Origin: a phage
Length of the DNA: 64,000 nt
Direction: 5' to 3' (one strand)
Assembly (NCBI GenBank): GCA_036253495.1
Contig: GCA_036253495.1_4125.1
Shown: in pieces, positions 63,204-64,000 of the stretch
Layout: each line of letters starts with the position of its first letter
Position numbering within the stretch: the first letter of the stretch is position 1
Translations under genes and position numbers: made by a program
Notes under the pieces: model-generated
Seen by the model: only the letters and a program-made list of their open reading frames with translations
Told to the model about the DNA's origin: nothing
Databases searched by the model: none

Positions 63204-63673
63204 CAAATATACGTGATGTATTAATGCAGTACGGTATCAGTACTGAAATGCTTTCAGTTGAAATTATTAAAAACTCTAAGATAGAATTTATGTTTAATAG
63301 ACACCGTTATCCAGGTGTTTATATTAATCGATCCTGTTCATTAATTTACTTTGAATACATGGATGAATATGTTATCATTGAAGAAATCAAACTCAATGGA
63401 TGGCACTGTACAATTGAGTTAACGAAACCAAGAACCAAGAACAAAATAGTGATTAGTATTAATATCTATTACGATATTAGTACTGAAGATGGAGCCTCAC
63501 ACTTTGTTCGAGTTTTGTCATCTGATGATAATTTAAAGTTAGATTATAAATCAGAAGAAGAATACTTTCAGGAAAGTTTAATCAATGATTTAGTTTTTGA
63601 TTATAACTTTTATAAAGAACTATCAAAAAACTTCGTTGAATGTATCAAACTATATGAGGAAGAGGACGAATGA
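63200..63673 (+). CDS. family-1 paralog (KSEEEYFQESLI)
   Basis: 157 aa; motif encoded at 63551..63580. Confidence 0.5.
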   Translation: MTNIRDVLMQYGISTEMLSVEIIKNSKIEFMFNRHRYPGVYINRSCSLIYFEYMDEYVIIEEIKLNGWHCTIELTKPRTKNKIVISINIYYDISTEDGASHFVRVLSSDDNLKLDYKSEEEYFQESLINDLVFDYNFYKELSKNFVECIKLYEEEDE

Positions 63674-64000
63674 AAAATTATAAGTTAAGTACAGAATACA
63701 ATGAAATGATCATCAATGCACTTGATAATCATGGTGAGTTTCGTTATCCAGGTGAAGGATTGAACGTTTACTTCGGAGATGAAAACTGGTGCTATCTGAA
63801 TAATGGTGTTCTGACTATCCATATTCAGGATATTAAAAGTGATGTATCATTTGGAATTCACCTAGTTCCCGGTACATTGGTTAATGACGCACGTATCAAT
63901 GTTATTGTCAATGAGAACGAATTCTTTCATGATGATTTTGAAGATGTTAAAATGGCAGCTAGTAAGTTGTATACTACTGAAGAAGAGTACTTTCAGGATA
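63670..64000 (+). CDS. family-1 paralog, 3'-partial (TTEEEYFQD... runs off window)
   Basis: ATG 63670 (ATGA overlap); motif at window end; truncated by the window edge. Confidence 0.45.
   Translation, partial: MKNYKLSTEYNEMIINALDNHGEFRYPGEGLNVYFGDENWCYLNNGVLTIHIQDIKSDVSFGIHLVPGTLVNDARINVIVNENEFFHDDFEDVKMAASKLYTTEEEYFQD

Overview
This 64-kb window reads as part of a large virulent, T4-like (myovirus-type) phage genome: AT-rich, almost entirely + strand, tightly packed with overlapping ATGA/TAATG gene junctions, sigma70-like promoters and hairpin/T-run terminators. All calls are from reading the sequence and motif recall; no searches were run. The first ~35 kb is a nucleotide-metabolism and replication module: nrdA, nrdB, DHFR, RNase HI, Dda-like helicase, fused topoisomerase II large subunit plus gp52-like subunit, GroES-like co-chaperonin, gp44-like clamp loader, HAD nucleotidase and DexA-like exonuclease. 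Interleaved are host-takeover candidates: an IF-3 homolog, a ClpS-like protein, a PTH2-type peptidyl-tRNA hydrolase and a possible NADAR protein. The last ~24 kb is an accessory region and holds the most unusual content. The top candidate for something undescribed is an array of at least 17 paralogous small proteins with variable N-termini and a conserved C-terminal [ST]-E-E-x-[YFL]-F-[QM]-x-S-[LT]-[VI] motif. Also there: a cytosine-5 DNA methyltransferase split at its catalytic PCQ motif by a LAGLIDADG intein, five tandem MTHEEW mini-genes, five canonical tRNAs (Gly, Ser, Met, Asn, Thr), two atypical tRNA-like elements, a frameshifted Hjc-like nuclease gene, and a reiterated promoter cassette. 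One small minus-strand island holds two membrane-protein paralogs, one apparently frameshifted.
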